From Lytechinus pictus (lineage: Eukaryota): 64,000 nucleotides of DNA. The notes beneath the pieces are model-generated. The model was not told the origin of the DNA and did not search any database. It saw nothing but the letters and a program-made list of their open reading frames with translations. Made by a program: the position numbers and the translations under genes. Positions 1-14,469 of this stretch are shown here, one piece after another. Location of the stretch: positions 4,216,001-4,280,000 of the forward strand of contig NC_087246.1 in NCBI RefSeq assembly GCF_037042905.1, written 5' to 3'. Position 1 is the stretch's first letter. Every line of letters starts with the position of its first letter.

Positions 1-177
1 GCACTCGACCCAGGTGAGGCGAATGGGTACCCGGCAGGATTAATTCCTTGAATGCACGAGCGCTGAAAGGCAGCTCGAGCTAAAGCCGGGGTAATAATAA
101 CAATGCGCCTCGGAATAGATGTTTCTAGATAGATGGCGCTATACAAATGCCTATTATTATTATTATTATTATTATTA
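1..177 (+). mobile_element. 3' part of a SINE (CORE-like central domain, L2-type tail), cut by the window start
   Basis: GCACTCGACCCAGGTG..AATGGGTACC resembles the 3' end of the CORE domain. Ends GCGCTATACAAATGCC followed by (TAT)n, the typical L2-derived tail. Confidence 0.65.
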
Positions 178-582
178 ATATCGTCAACATCGAAACATCG
201 TCAGTATCCTCAACATTTCCACCATATTCACCGTCACCATTTTCAGCATCATTTACATTATTAACGTCGTCAAAATAGACAGTACATCACACTTGAAAAT
301 GTGTAACCACTGCCATTACTATCTTTTCTCACTTATTTTTCTGCATTTATAGCCTATCGACGTCATCCAGTTCAGAGCCTTGACTTTGTCAACACCTATA
401 AAAATGTGAAAAATACAAGAAAACTCATTTGAAAATACAAGAGGAATTGTGAAATACAAAAAGAGAGGAGAAGATGAAAGATAAAACAGAATAGAGGGGA
501 AGAAAATATGAGTGAAACAGAACGATGCATGCAAACAGAACGATGCATAAAGTAAGCGCGCACGCGCGTGTGATAGATAGAT

Positions 583-803
583 NNNNNNNNNNNNNNNNNN
601 NNNNNNNNNNNNNNNNNNNNNNNNNNNNNNNNNNNNNNNNNNNNNNNNNNNNNNNNNNNNNNNNNNNNNNNNNNNNNNNNNNNNNNNNNNNNNNNNNNNN
701 NNNNNNNNNNNNNNNNNNNNNNNNNNNNNNNNNNNNNNNNNNNNNNNNNNNNNNNNNNNNNNNNNNNNNNNNNNNNNNNNNNNNNNNNNNNNNNNNNNNN
801 NNN
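583..803. other. Assembly gap (221 N)
   Basis: Run of N. Confidence 1.
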
Positions 804-2724
804 GGGGATGGGGTGAGAAATTATAACCATTGGACTTGGAGAAACGCAAGGGATTTGGAGTCGATACGAAAGTGCAAATATCTGGGCAACTCATCAAAAA
901 GTTAGAGGGACGGATGCGTATTATGAGCAACCTTGTTCATCTCCGTCTTGGTGAAAACGTGAGTAGAGGGTCTTTCTTCTTGCCCCCTTCCCCACTGCCA
1001 CGGTCCTGTGATTGGCATGATCTTTTACACTTGATTGACATTTGCTGTTCACAATAATCAGTCCGTCTGGGCTTTGAAAAACAGTAATAATCGAAAATTG
1101 AATAATAAATTGTGAGTACGTGTTGAGAATTGAGCTATGGGGGTGGGGATGTAAGAGGGGGTGGGGTGGGTTAAGGGTAGCGATGTCTACCAGGAGTCTG
1201 AACAATCTATTATTAATTAATTAATAATTCTTCTTTCTTCACAATTTGATCATTATTCGAACACGAAATATCGAACGAACTAAAATGAATTAACCAGATA
1301 AGTAATGCCTATTTCACATTTTAGATAACGTCTTTTTTGAACTAATAATGTAGACCTAAGCTCATTTCACTAAGAAAAATGTTGTAACCAAATCATGGAC
1401 ACGAATTCAATGATACTTTCCCTGGGACATTTGAAGACCCTCCGATAATACGTTCGGTCTTCATCATTATCACTGTTGTTCAGGTACTTGCTCCTTTAAG
1501 GGGTTGATTGTTTGAAATATCCTTTCTACTTCGAGCGTCTCCTCTGTTTTATAACCCCATACCAATGATAACTATACCTCTGGTATTCATATTCTAGGGG
1601 GTGGATACGTGAATACGATAAGTACATTGGCACTGCTAACACCTTGAACGTAAAGAGCACGGGGGTTAAACCTTGTCATATCTGCTTAACGTTCCTCCTC
1701 CTACTCATCATCATTATTACCATGACGACCTTGGGAGGTACTCATCATCTTCCCCATCATGGCATCGTAACTGACGGGTGACCACGCCCACGTCGTCAGA
1801 TCAGTCACACATCGGGATGTCTGGCTAGATGTGAGATTGCGAGGATACGTATGACATGACGAAGATTAAGATGTAAATAAGTATGCAAGAGATGTACATA
1901 AAGATGTAGATACGTATGAAAAAGACTCTTAGTTAAGGATGTAGATAAGTATGAAAGAGATGTCGATAAAGATGTATGTTAAAGATGTAAGTAAGTATGT
2001 AAAATGTAGATAAATATGTAGATAGGTGAGAAAAAGTGTGAATGGGAGAGAGCGGGGAAGGAGACCGTTTGTATTTCGCTTGTTTGCAGCCCAACTGTTC
2101 TTGCGGTCTTCTTTCTTTTTCTTTCTTTCTCATCTTTCTTTGAAAATTTCTCCCATCTCATCTACCTATCCTTCAACCCATGTTCAATGTAATTCATCTC
2201 TATCTCAATCGACTCGTCGTATCAACGTCAGATCATCAAGGTACACCCATTCTTGTGTTTGACTCGGAGATATGCCTTTGAAGTGACCGGCATTCTTTCG
2301 AGGAACAGAGAGTACCTATGTTAGCTGATAGCTAGTCCTTTGATCCACATTGTATCCCTTGGTATCCCATCGTATGGTGGAGAAGAGAACGACAATAGTG
2401 GAGTCACAAGGCCGTTTGTGCTTTTAAACTTCTTCGAGTGGCATGGTTAACGTCCTTTTGTAGATCAGCAGTTGGAATAGGTTCGATTTATTGAAAGCAG
2501 AAATTCAATATACTTGAAAATATGATAGTTTCAGGGATCAAGCGACAAAAAACAGGAGAAAGGGAAAGAAAACCAGGGATTAATTTCGATTGAAAGAATA
2601 CGGGATTAAAGACGTACATTATAGAGTGATTTATGCAACAACAACAAAATAAAAAGAATAGGAGAAAATCAAGAAGTTATATCAAAATAAATCTGCAAAT
2701 AGACTGAATTGAACAAAATGTGGT

Positions 2725-3009
2725 TGATGATGATGAAATGAAAAAGAAAATGATGAAAATCCATAATTTATTGTTCGAAAAAGACATGAAGTGAAATACT
2801 CCGAAAATTTGCTTTGCCCAATTGATCATGGGCCCGGCAGCCGCTGTGCAGCGCCAGATCGACGAGGCTCTATCCCTTTTCGTTGAACGCCAAACAGGGT
2901 AGCAGCAACTCCCATCTTTTAACGTCTTTTGGACTGACGCAGCCAGTGTTCGAACCCCGACCTCCCGGTTGTGAGACGGACGCTCTACCAACTGAACCAA
3001 CACACCGGT
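2725..3009 (-). mobile_element. tRNA-derived SINE, copy 1 (Meta-domain-like body)
   Basis: Minus strand has A box TGGTTCAGTTGG, B box GGTTCGAAC and a tRNA-like head with a CTCACAA loop. Near-identical to 29352-29635 over ~250 bp, with a simple-repeat tail. Confidence 0.85.
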
Positions 3010-3894
3010 ATTATATAGAGTACAGTGTGAAATTGGCATCAAGAATGTCTTTTGAATATGCAGTGATCCAAAGCATTAAATGTGTAAAAGCTTGAACATT
3101 TGGAACGGTATCTGCCACGACAGAACGCCTTCAACAGAGCGCCAATGAAGCTAAATAATGTATTGTCAAAATGTTTAACAAGAACTTGACATTCTGTTTG
3201 CCGATTTAATATTTTCATCAGTCTATATAAAAATCAAGTGACAATTTCTTTCTATTAAAACGTCAAATTATACGCTGGGTGCTACATCGAATCCGATGTA
3301 TACATAACGAATCAGTCGTAACATGATTCGTTGAAAGGAAGCGTTAAGATTTAAATGCAGCATGAGGGCACCAATAATGAAAACAGAAAATTAACAAAGT
3401 AACGATTGTTTATTCATACAGAAAAGGAAACCGCGTGATCAGACTAAAGAAAGGACTTTGTAAACAAACTAGATCGAATCGATCTGACAGAATTTCTGAT
3501 ATATCCATTATCCTAAAAATAGTTATTTTTACTCCAAAATGATAAATCGATTTGGTAAGGAATCAGACGTCTGTCTCCTTCCAGCAGATGTTCTTAAAGC
3601 TATTGTTTTAGCAGCCATCTTTTTGAAAAACTAATATATATTTCGTGTGACATTTCTGCCCTTTGAAATAACCACACAAACAATAATTCAAACTGGACAG
3701 GAATGAAGGTGTTAATGTGTGTGAGGGTGTGTGTGTGTGTGTGTGTAGAAGGGAAGGATGGACTAAAACTTTGGGTGGGGGTGGACAAACGGAACTAAAA
3801 ACAAAATAAATATCAATATGAGTTTCAAAAATCACAAGCGTCCATTTAGGATTTGTTGTTGATTTATATATATACATTTAATTGCAAATATTTC

Positions 3895-4036
3895 CAGGGG
3901 CCCATTTCATAAAGGGCTTACATCTTATGTAATCTGCCATGGTAACAGGGGTCAGCAGTCAACATGGTCAAGCGAGGTTTCCATGGTAGTTGCCATAATG
4001 GCAAAGTTACAACAATTTTTATGGAACGTTCGCCGT
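3895..4036. mobile_element. Degenerate short MITE (CAGGGGCCC..TTTCATAAA type)
   Basis: Imperfect terminal inverted repeats. Internal CCATGGTAGTTGCCAT..GGCAAAGTTAC is shared with 26498-26662. Confidence 0.5.
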
Positions 4037-5702
4037 GACTGGCATTATTTGCCATGGCAGTAAGAAACTGTAAAGCCAAATGTAATCCCAATGACGCTTT
4101 GTCGACTTTTCAACAAATATTTGCGATATTTCAAATGATACTAAAATACTTTATGTTAAAATGTATGTTTACAACTTTACAACAATAATAGCGCCAGATA
4201 TCTAGTTTCCTACTCTGTTACCCATCTGCATACTAAACTTTCAGCTACTGCAACTAAAATGATTAGCAAATCCACTTTGGTTTTGGCTTTCCTCCACTTT
4301 GGCTTGCCATATTCCAGTCGTTCTACAGTCATTCATAAGTTTACGAACACCTATATGACACCCACTGAATTAGATCAGTGATGACACCCCCTCCCTCTCG
4401 CGGAACATCCAAATGTCCAAAGCAGCAAATTGCATTACCAAAAACATACAATAACTCTCTTCGAACTCGTTTAAAAAGATAAACAATATCAAAAGAATAT
4501 TAACTGAAATACAATAATCAGGAATGGTTTTTCTTGCGATTGTTTCTTTTTTTAGTTCAGGAAATATTTATATTTGATATGGAATTGAGATAAAAATTAT
4601 CATCAGCATCAGATGTATATTCATCAATCAAACGATTCTGAACTATTCTATTCCATTTTTTAATATTTATACATAGTTTTAATTTTTGAACGTTATAAAA
4701 GTATACCATGTTTAAATAACCACATGACATAGGCCTACCTGGGAAACACCCGGGATTTATCGTCAATCTGAGACTGATGCGATCGATGTGGTTTAATACT
4801 CATGCTTCGTTAAGTGGCCGACCTACTAGGGTCAGATTGAATAATCCTTTTTCACATGTTTGGTGAAAATAATATAAAGAAATATTCTGACACCACAGAT
4901 CATGCAAATCTAGAACATCTCACCACAAACGGGAAAATCCCATGTAAAACTAATCACCAATAAGAATATAGAACTTTTGAGAGAGAATCACCTTTACCCG
5001 GTTCAATCTGTCACATGGTTGATGAAAACCAATCGGAGACGGCGTTTGATATTACATATAGAACATGGAATTAATCCGTAAAAAAATTCTGACCGCATGA
5101 AATGCTCTTTTGACTGGTGTCACTAGTTGGTTGTGTTGGTGGGTGGTCATTTAGAGTCTTTTAAGAAACATCGAGTCCCCAGCCTCATTAATGGGGAAAT
5201 GATTCACAAGAAGACAAAACTTCAATAGGCACTGCTGTTCGTGCTGTAATCCTTCCCTGTTCAGGTGGATATCAGAAAATATAGTTTTAGTTGTCTGGAT
5301 ATGGCTGCAATTACATACAAATTCATTAATACTTTATTCAGAAAGAGAGAGAGAAAACAAAGAAATAACATGAATTGTGACATTTGTTGTTATGATGAAG
5401 AAGTAGTTTATTTTATTCCAATTACTGACCGGAATTCACGGAACGAATATTTTGGAGAATGCAAATATTTTGTTTTCTTTCATTGCAGAATTCCGACGAA
5501 ACAGAATACACTATTTGTATATGTTTGACGCATTGGCGTCAAAGCGGACCCCTAATAATGCGGACAAATACACTGAATTAGAAGGGTCTTTTACATGTAA
5601 AAGATAATGCTGGATAGAAATGTCCAAATCTGAGGACAAACCCACTGGGACCACCAAAAACGTATTGACGTGTAGTGCTTGTTACTTGTTGAAGTAAAGT
5701 CA

Positions 5703-5984
5703 TGGTCACATCGCCAGAACTTTGCTGGAACGGTCCTGGAGCGGTGAACAAAATTCATCACCACTCGTTTGGTTTGTTGGTATGGAGGTGTCACCGCTAA
5801 ACCAACGCTCGCTATCGTTAAACCAACGCTAAATCAACGTCGGCTTCAGCGGTGCATCGCTAAGGCAACGCCCGTGTTTTCGATTTTTGTTTCCATTTTG
5901 CGCGCGGTGATGAGCATTGTCGAAATTCGACCCCTCTCCCTATCGTTCAAGGACCGCTCCAGCAAAGTTCTGGCGGAGTGACCA
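5703..5984. mobile_element. GC-rich non-autonomous DNA transposon/MITE (possibly PIF/Harbinger-like)
   Basis: ~35-bp TIR: TGGTCACATCGCCAGAACTTTGCTGGAACGGTCCT versus the reverse complement of the right end TGGTCACTCCGCCAGAACTTTGCTGGAGCGGTCCT. Internal (CGCTAAACCAA)-like repeats. TSD not clear. Confidence 0.7.
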
Positions 5985-8338
5985 CTCCTCTCAAAACACC
6001 TTCCTGGAAGCTATACTGGGATGTCATCCATGTCGTAGGCCAATAATTTGAGTTGCTCACAATTAATATTAGTATTATTAATATAATATGCATATAATAC
6101 ATTTTTTTAGTCATCGCGATTCATGAAAAAACTTGTCGGACGTTTTATTCAACAAAAATCTGTTCTATCATTGGCTCTCAGCCAGTTAAAATCAAGTTAA
6201 GTTGTCATATAATGAAAACTTGGACGAAAAATGTTGACGAAAGCCAACCCCCACCCCCCCCCCGATGTAGCAGTGGTCTATGATACTCATTCTCCTGGTC
6301 CGTAATATGGACCATGAATAGATCAGGACCGGAAAAAGGCAAGGGGGATGTTCTTGTCATTGTGATTTCAACCATTTTGCCTCATTTCGTAGATTCAAAG
6401 GCTCAATATGAATTGACCAACAAGATACTTGATGAGAACCCTCGAGTATATTCGCCTTATTCAAGCCAATTATTCTTTGGGAATCGCAATTTGTATAGAC
6501 AAATATTGTTATTTTGTACTCTGTACATAGTTTAATTGGATCGCCAGCGAAATTTACGAGGATATCAGGAAAAGACCACTGAAGCTGATAAGGCAACCAT
6601 TGGAAGTCATTTCCATTACGAAGTTCATTAGATATCTTTTCATATATATCAATTGAGCGTAATTCCAATGTGAATTACTTTTCCATAAAACGATATTTGA
6701 AATTCATATTAATGTGAACGGGGTATGTGGATGTCAGACCCCTGTGTGGTATAAACATGTCGGACAAGCTCCTCTTTCACACCTTGTTGGATATGGTTTT
6801 TTACTTTCTTTATAACTCGCCACCAGTCTCCCGTCCCCTAAACCATCTTGTTAGCCATTCTTCACCGCCCCTCTAAATAAACTTCTCCGTCACCAAACCC
6901 AATTTAAGCCGCCTAATTTCAACACCTCCCTGCATAACCTACATGTATTTAAAGACAAACGGGGATAGGGGGAGGAGTAGAGAGGGACTTGATGCCAACG
7001 CGGTCAGATGAAAATATATTATTTTCGGAAATGTGAAAAATTGGGTATAGTTTACGTTCTGGTGGTGGTATTGATGTTGTATAAAGTGCTGAGTTAATCT
7101 CAGTTATTCCATTCCCAGACACTCTGTCTCATCCACGATCCTATCAAAAGTGTAACACAGGACACGTGACCCCCCCCCCCTTATCATGAATATTGTTCTT
7201 ATCCTCTGAGACGGTATACTGAACTTGGAATTCGATTATAGGTTTAAGGTTATAGGATTATGACAAACAGTTTGGTCCAAATCTAAGGTTGAGATTTTAC
7301 CCCAACTAAAATGTGTAATTAGTGCCCATAACTATTTTTTGTTGAAATACTACAAACATTTATATCTCGCGCGATCCAATTTGAATGAATGACATAAAAT
7401 ATCAACAAATGTGAGCGATGGAAGCAAGCGACCCTTTAAAGACTGTTTTTCATAAATATATATATATATTTTTTTTTTTTGGGGGGGGGGGTTGTAGTTC
7501 AAGAGATCCAGGGCTTAATGTATTGATTGAAAGCTTAGGATAAAAAAAATAGACAAAAAGAAAGCAAAATCATTGAATTTGTCCTCGTAATCAAATTACT
7601 TTTTCGTCAGCCAGAATCACAAATGTTTGGAAAATTCGGTGACAGAGATCACCAATTGGCAACACTGCTTCAGGAGTTGTACGTATAGTGACGTTGTCTG
7701 TGATGAATGAATTGGAAAAGAAAATGTCCTTCTCTGGTGAAGTCGTGTATCATTTAGTGAATTTTGATTTGATGTCAGGTTTGATCACACAACATCATGA
7801 GGATAATGAACTTGGTCATATCTCTACCAACTCATACCAGTTCAATTTGCTGTCCTAATCAACCTGGATAATAATCTACTGCCGCCAGCAGTTACTACTC
7901 TCTCTCCATTTTATTACCGAACCAAATATAACATTACACTTCTATGATTTTATTAAGTTATAATAACCATTTTTATTTTTATTCCTAAATCTAAGGATAT
8001 GAAGTCTGATTGCGCTTTACTGAAGAACTGACAAAAATATGGATAATGCTGAATCTTGAAAAAGGACATCATAATTTTGTGCAAAACTAGAAATATTTTA
8101 TGTACAATGCAAACATGCTAATTTATCATCTTACAAACACTCTGAGCTTTCATTTTCATTATTTTGGTACACAATACAATTTTCATACGAAAATGGAAAG
8201 ACATCGTTTTTACTAATCAAGGGATAAAACGAAACCAATGAGCGAGGGGGGGGGGGTAGCCACCTCGCCAGTCGCCAGGTATAACTGACTACTCTGGGTT
8301 TCAGGTTAATTTTAAGCATTAATATACCAAATAAAATA

Positions 8339-8340
<2 letters not shown>

Positions 8341-8371
<31 letters not shown>
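8341..8371. repeat. (AT)n microsatellite
   Basis: Perfect AT run. Confidence 0.95.
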
Positions 8372-8372
<1 letters not shown>

Positions 8373-8517
8373 CATTTGGATTATAAACATTGTGATCAAT
8401 GAATCAAGAAATAAAATGAATGTTTCTCTTATTTAGATTAAGGATCAAGGGGTCATAAAATACACCGTATTGTTTAAGTTAATTTTATATCATTATGGGT
8501 CTGGAATGAAGAGTATA

Positions 8518-8716
8518 CACTCTAAAAAATCGAATGTTAAATCAACATTTGAAAGGTTGGAGGAGTGACAACCTTTTCCAAATGTTACATCCAACCTTGT
8601 ATAAAGCTGAATCCAACATTTTAAGTGTTGGGTAGAACCATAAATGCAACATTTAGAAAATGTCGTCACTCCTCCAACCTTTTAAATGTTGATTTAACAT
8701 TCGATTTTATAGAGTG
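8518..8716. mobile_element. 199-bp fold-back MITE with CACT termini and TA flanks (animal EnSpm/CACTA-like)
   Basis: TA|CACTCTAAAAAATCGAATGTTAAATCAACATTTGAAAGGTTGGAGGAGTGAC ... GTCACTCCTCCAACCTTTTAAATGTTGATTTAACATTCGATTTTATAGAGTG|TA, a near-perfect TIR of more than 50 bp. Confidence 0.85.
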
Positions 8717-10371
8717 TATGAATTTACCATTTAAGTGACTTCCCCAACATACCTTACCTTTTTATTTCAATTCTTTTATATATCATTTCCTTAACCTTCT
8801 TTCTCGACGTGAAAAATGAATTGCGACATCGAACTCCCGTGCAGTACTAATCATTTGTCACTTCATTGTTGGTTTATTATTAAGTTGGTTTGTGATTAAG
8901 CCACTCATACATTAATTAATTGTTTCCTTACAAGCTTCTCATCCCATGTCCACCCATTGAAGACACCAATCTCTTTCCTCCCAGGTGAGAAAGTAACTTT
9001 ACAACTAAATATCTTGAAACAGAAGCGACAAACCATCGGAGAAGAAGTAGCTGAATCCAGCGATGAGCTGTCCCGTGTTTTCCGGCGCAGAGGGTCCTTG
9101 ACCGCCGGGTAAGAGGAGAAGGTGGCGAAGGGCCATGTTTCCTGTATACCGATAGGTAAGTAGCTCCTTCAGCTAGCCTGGGACACGGGGAGATTGCCTA
9201 GAAAAGGAAGACACCAACTCGTTCTGACTCAACCACCTTCTCAACTGCCTTATAATTCTTATTTTCATTTTTATAAATTTCTTTTGATCGTCTTAAATTG
9301 CATTTGTTATGCACTTTAACCATGTCCTCAATTGGACAGCCACTCAATATTTCATCAATTAATCCGTGAATTGATTAATTGATTGATTTCAAAGTCCTAT
9401 ATTAATTCATTAATCCATTTATATCACATTCCTTTTTATTTTCGATTTTTTTTTTAAACAACAATGGTTATCTTGGAAGGGCAGTTTTCTGTTCTCATCA
9501 ATTATCAATAAAGCTATAGAGGGATGTATTTTGACTGCTTTAAAGAACAGAAATATATTTGTTAAAACTGTTAATAAATACCACTGGCGTACAGTTCAAG
9601 GGTTGGTGACATAGAACCAAAATTTTTACTAGCAAGAAAAAAAAAGAAAAAAAACTAAAGAAAAGGAAAGGAAAACGATAATTATATCTATTTCTCGATA
9701 TTATGTCAAAATCTATATCAGAAAGATAGTTTTGTATTAAAATGTCAAAATGTTTGGCGATTTGCTTTGCTAACTCGCATGTTTGTAGAAATTTTGTCCC
9801 ATATGCCATGTCTGGCCCTTGAATTTTTGCCTTATTACGCTAACACCCAAACCATAAATGAAATAAATAAAATGGCCAAGAGTGTGTCATTCCAATTCAT
9901 TTATAATAAGATAAAAATGATACAAATCTGTATGAAAAACTGAATTACAGAAAGTAAGTCATGTACGACTTGAATTTTTCACTACGTGGTGATAACACGA
10001 CTAAATAATGAGCTTACTCTACTCGTCCTGCTTGCATTTTAATTGAATAAAATACGAGCATGTTACATTAATGACATTTGACACAACTAGCACCAAACTC
10101 ATACATGAGATTCAATGAATATGCACTTTTGCCATACATCACTTCCATCATTTTCTTATTCTATTTAGGAATTTTCTTTTGCTGGAGAAACTGTTAATTT
10201 ATCTTTGAGAAAGCCTTTTTGCTCTCGGCTAACCACAGACTCCATACGACTGCTGTACTTCGAAAGCGTTGTGGTGATGATAGAGAATCTAGAAATACAA
10301 ATTCTTTCTGGAAAAAAAAATGGTTTAACATTTTGATATTCAAATGGAAACATATCGTATATGATACTATA

Positions 10372-10512
10372 ACTAATAATGATATATAATGATAATAATT
10401 ACAATAACAATTATAATGATGATGATAATAATAATAATGATAATAATAATAATAGTAATAATGATAAAATAGTAATAATAATAATAATAATGATAATAAT
10501 AATAACAATAAT
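10372..10512. repeat. Imperfect (AAT)n microsatellite
   Basis: AAT/GAT/AAC triplet run. Confidence 0.9.
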
Positions 10513-12574
10513 CCGCTTTTATATCTGTTATTCTCTACCGCTATTTGGGCTTACATTCCATACCGACAAATGTAAAAGAAAGAAAGAAATATTATAAAAT
10601 AAATAGTGTTTGACTTTTATCGACAAAAAATCCCACCTTTATTGAGTGGCATACTTTTATGAAATATCCGATTTATTAGGCTTCCTATAGCCCAAACACG
10701 ATTATGAGTCTTTTATTTTAAAAAGGAATGTTCGCACCCAAATATCATTCCTTGTTTTTAAGTATAAAGCTGAACAAATGCACTGGAATTTTACTCACAT
10801 TGATACAAATAACTCAATTGAAATTCACAACAAAATTATTACCAATTATTCACTTAGTTGCTTCTTTCACGTGTATATACACATTCTTAAACCCGAACAT
10901 TTTACACCCCTCCGCTTACCCCTGCACATTCATTACCCCTCTCTGATCCTGAACATTGATGTAATGTGACACCGTGTCACTCGACACTACTGACATGACA
11001 ATGTTGAGACACCAAGGTTTCCCCCTCCTCGGTGACCTCAACTAAAAGTTCAATGGACCGAAGAATCTTGGTTCAAGTTGAACTAATCTCATTAACTGTG
11101 ACTTGTCCATGACAACATAGATGAATTGAAAAGCCAGGTAATATTTCACGATCCGTCTGATATCGCACAGGCGTGTCTTTTTTATTTTGTACCCCCCCCC
11201 CCCAGGTGAAACAAGGTCACTGTTTAAGTGTAACTCATAAGTTTGCTTATTGTTTATTGCTCAGGTTTAAACGGATCTGAGAATACATTGTATTTGGCAT
11301 TTAAAATTTATACATACATCATCGACAAAATAATATTAGAATATCAATTCAAAAGGTACAGTGAATCAAGATATGCGTATGATATCTTTCAAACAAATTG
11401 GAACTAACCTCGTACCATAATCTGTATTGTTTTGATAATGAATAAGACTATTATGATGATGAAATGAGTTCCAGTAAACTCACTCATTTTGCTAATTGAG
11501 GATTGCCCTAAATAATTCATACTTATTTATCTTCATGTATATTGATTTATTCACCTCTTGAATTGGAAAAAATGTAATTTTTTTAATTAAATAAATTATT
11601 TTGTATAATTGCATGAAACTTGGGCATTTTGATTTTGAAACAAACACAGAAAGTACTGGTAATGGTCCTTCCATTCAGAATAATAAATACTATGGTAGCC
11701 CTGAAATTGTCTCGCAGAAATTTGCAAAGAAATTAAATGCGATATCTTCTTTTACATAACAAGGACGGCCGGGGAGAGCAAACATCAACACATTTCGGCG
11801 TTGAATAGGAGATTTCATCGTCTCCTATTGACAAGGTACGGTGGGGATGGAGAGCGGGTCTGTGTGTGTGTGGGGGGGGGGGCTGGGGTAGTTGGAGAAG
11901 CGGCTAGAGAGATAGCGAGAGAAGACGATTTCTCGTTTTGTTTATGTACTCAGAATTTGTAGTGAATACTGAATGTAGAAGAAACAAATTCTGTCCATAT
12001 TGTACCGGCTCAGTGGCGGGATGACAAATGTAAACATGAAAATAGCCCTGGAGCTAGAGTCATCGCCTACTCTCAATGGCAGTGTTTGGTGGCGTCAAGC
12101 AGACGACATCAGCAGATCAGAAAATAGGAAGCCACATTTCCCGCGCGTTTGAAATATGTTTCAAGCTCAGATGGGTGTCAGAATTTTCAGGCGCGAAACC
12201 TGAGCCAATTTTAGCAGAAACGAAATAAAAGGAAGTATCAACTCGGCGACATTTTAAATAGGATGAATGGACTTAAGTAAACAAAGAAGAAAAAACATCA
12301 TTTGCTATGTTGCTGTAAATCCACTGTTCTATGAAAATAAATTAGTTTATCAATGCTGTCCGAGTGTGGATGACTATTGAGTATGAACGCGCGCGAGAGA
12401 GAGGGAGAGAGAAAAGAGATAAAATGAACAACATAGAACATTCTTTCTGGGATAGGATATTAGGGGCTGGCTAGCCGTGTGATCAGTTTTGAATTTACAC
12501 AATTGATATTGCGAAATTAGTATTGGTCTTTGCAGGAGACATTATTACTTAGTTTAGAGTCAATCTATGAGCAT

Positions 12575-12762
12575 AAAGGAAAAATGAAACCTTTGGAACA
12601 AGTTAGCTTGTGCGAAAACAAAAAAAAAATTAAAGAAACAGCTCAACGAAAGTTTGAGAAATATTGAATAAAAAATAAGAAAGTTATGAGCATTTGAAGT
12701 TTAGATCATTATTGAAATGTAGATTCTCCCTTTGGCAATGCGACAAAGATGTGTGAAGTCAC
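12575..12762. mobile_element. Left-arm fragment of a Kolobok-type element
   Basis: AAAGTTTGAGAAA..AATAAGAAAGTTATGAGC..TGTAGATT..TTGGCAA is collinear with the left arm of 39720-40314. Confidence 0.45.
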
Positions 12763-13948
12763 TAATTCTGAATTTCTTTTGTGTATTATTCTTGAGACAA
12801 GGACACATGGACGCCATAGAATCTTTTTCGAAAGAGAATGGACTTGGATCTTTATAATTATGAAGAAGATGATGATGAATCATCTTTTAGAAATCATGTA
12901 AACTGCAAACATATTTTATCGAATGTTAGAAAAAGGTGAATTGGGAATGTGTTTACCTAAGCCAAGAATACATTAAAACAATTTGAATATATACAACAAG
13001 ATAAATCAAGAAGTAGAAAGAGAGAAAAACGAAACCCAATAAAAGATCGACACCACCATTGGCTCAATCAATATCAAGTAGAAGATTTTTTGTCCATGGC
13101 GGGACCCTAAGTGAAAACCCCCTTCAATACGAACACTATAGTTTTATCAATATCTGACATGGACAAAATGAATTAGATAGCAAAAAATGAATTGAAAAGA
13201 AAATATGCAGACTTATATTTTGACAGGGAAACTCCCTGATTTTAAGAAATCACCAACCATTTTGATGTATGAACTCAACGTCAAACCGATAGTACAAAAA
13301 GTGGATAATACTAGGACCATATGGTTCGGCAATTTTACGTTTTAAAAGGCTTAGGAATCGCTCCATTTTCGGCAAATCTGAAGAAGATTGTCGCCCGAAG
13401 TGGTTGAGGGGTTTAACGGGATTAAATTGGCCTTAGAGTTCAAGGCGCCGTGCGATGAAGCGACTAGCCTCACGTACCAATCCCAAAGAACGGAAGGATA
13501 AGGTGGTCTTCATGGAAAGAAGTGTGCGTGGCTTGAGAGTGAGCGTGTGGGTGAGCTTGTGGGTAGCTCTGAGTGTTGAAGGAAGTGTACTCCTCTCTAA
13601 TGGTAAAAGTACTCATGGACTTGGTAATATGAATTTAACATGAATCATAATTCTCATAAGGTATAACTTTAATTCTAATGGATAACCTAAACAATTATGA
13701 AACCCGGAACCAAATAAATGTAGATATTTTGGAGACTGTGATCTCATATTGATATGAAGAGATTGATCTGTTATAGTTCTAATTTAAACATCTGCCCTTT
13801 TCACGAAATTGGTTTTGAATCCGTCGGTGTATGCTGTTCTTCACATCACTCAACTTAATATTTGAAATTCATGAAAAATACATACTTTATACATTACCTC
13901 CACTTTCTTTCTTTTTTGAAAATGTTTGATGTTTTATTTTTTATTTAA

Positions 13949-14469
13949 AGGGCACGTCCATCACAACAAACAGTTGTTTCGAATAAAAAAGAAAATTTCA
14001 TTAAAATTGGACTTAAAATAACTGTTTTGTTTCACAAAAACAGTTATATGCAGATCCCGGTGGGTATTCAAATAAGGGCATTGATAACATCACTCACTCA
14101 TTATTTCTCATGTATTTCATATATAAAATGACATTTCTCCTAATTTAAATGTGAAGCAATGTTTGATTCCTTCCGAACATGTGGGATTGCCATCGGCACA
14201 ACCTATTATCCAACAAAAAAACGAACTTCCTTATTTTTAAATCTTGAAAACTCTCTTCTTTAATTCATAATATAATAAAATGCAGAAGACAAATTGAGTG
14301 AGTGATATCATCGGCTCTTTCATTTGCATATCTCCTAAACGAAACATTAAAATGTCAAAACTTTTATATTAATTTTGTCATCAGATTTTCATTAAATGTT
14401 CAGCATTATGCCTTTTCAATTTTTTGTCCATATATTCAAATCAACTTTGTGTTGAGGTAGACTTAACCT
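13949..14469. mobile_element. Older degenerate Kolobok-type element related to family A
   Basis: TTAA|AGGGCACGTCCATCACAACAAA ... TTTGTGTTGAGGTAGACTTAACCT|TTAA. Shares CATCACTCACT, AGTGAGTGAT and CATTTGCATA motifs. Confidence 0.65.

Noticed and set aside
319-930. Long ORFs of 126-203 aa
   Set aside because: Artefacts of reading through the N gap.
6294-6316. CCTGGTCC..GGACCATG mini-palindrome as a scar-family member
   Set aside because: No flanking 7-bp duplication, and a different terminal sequence.
10194-10597. Tyr-rich and Asn-rich ORFs
   Set aside because: Translations of the (AAT)n microsatellite.
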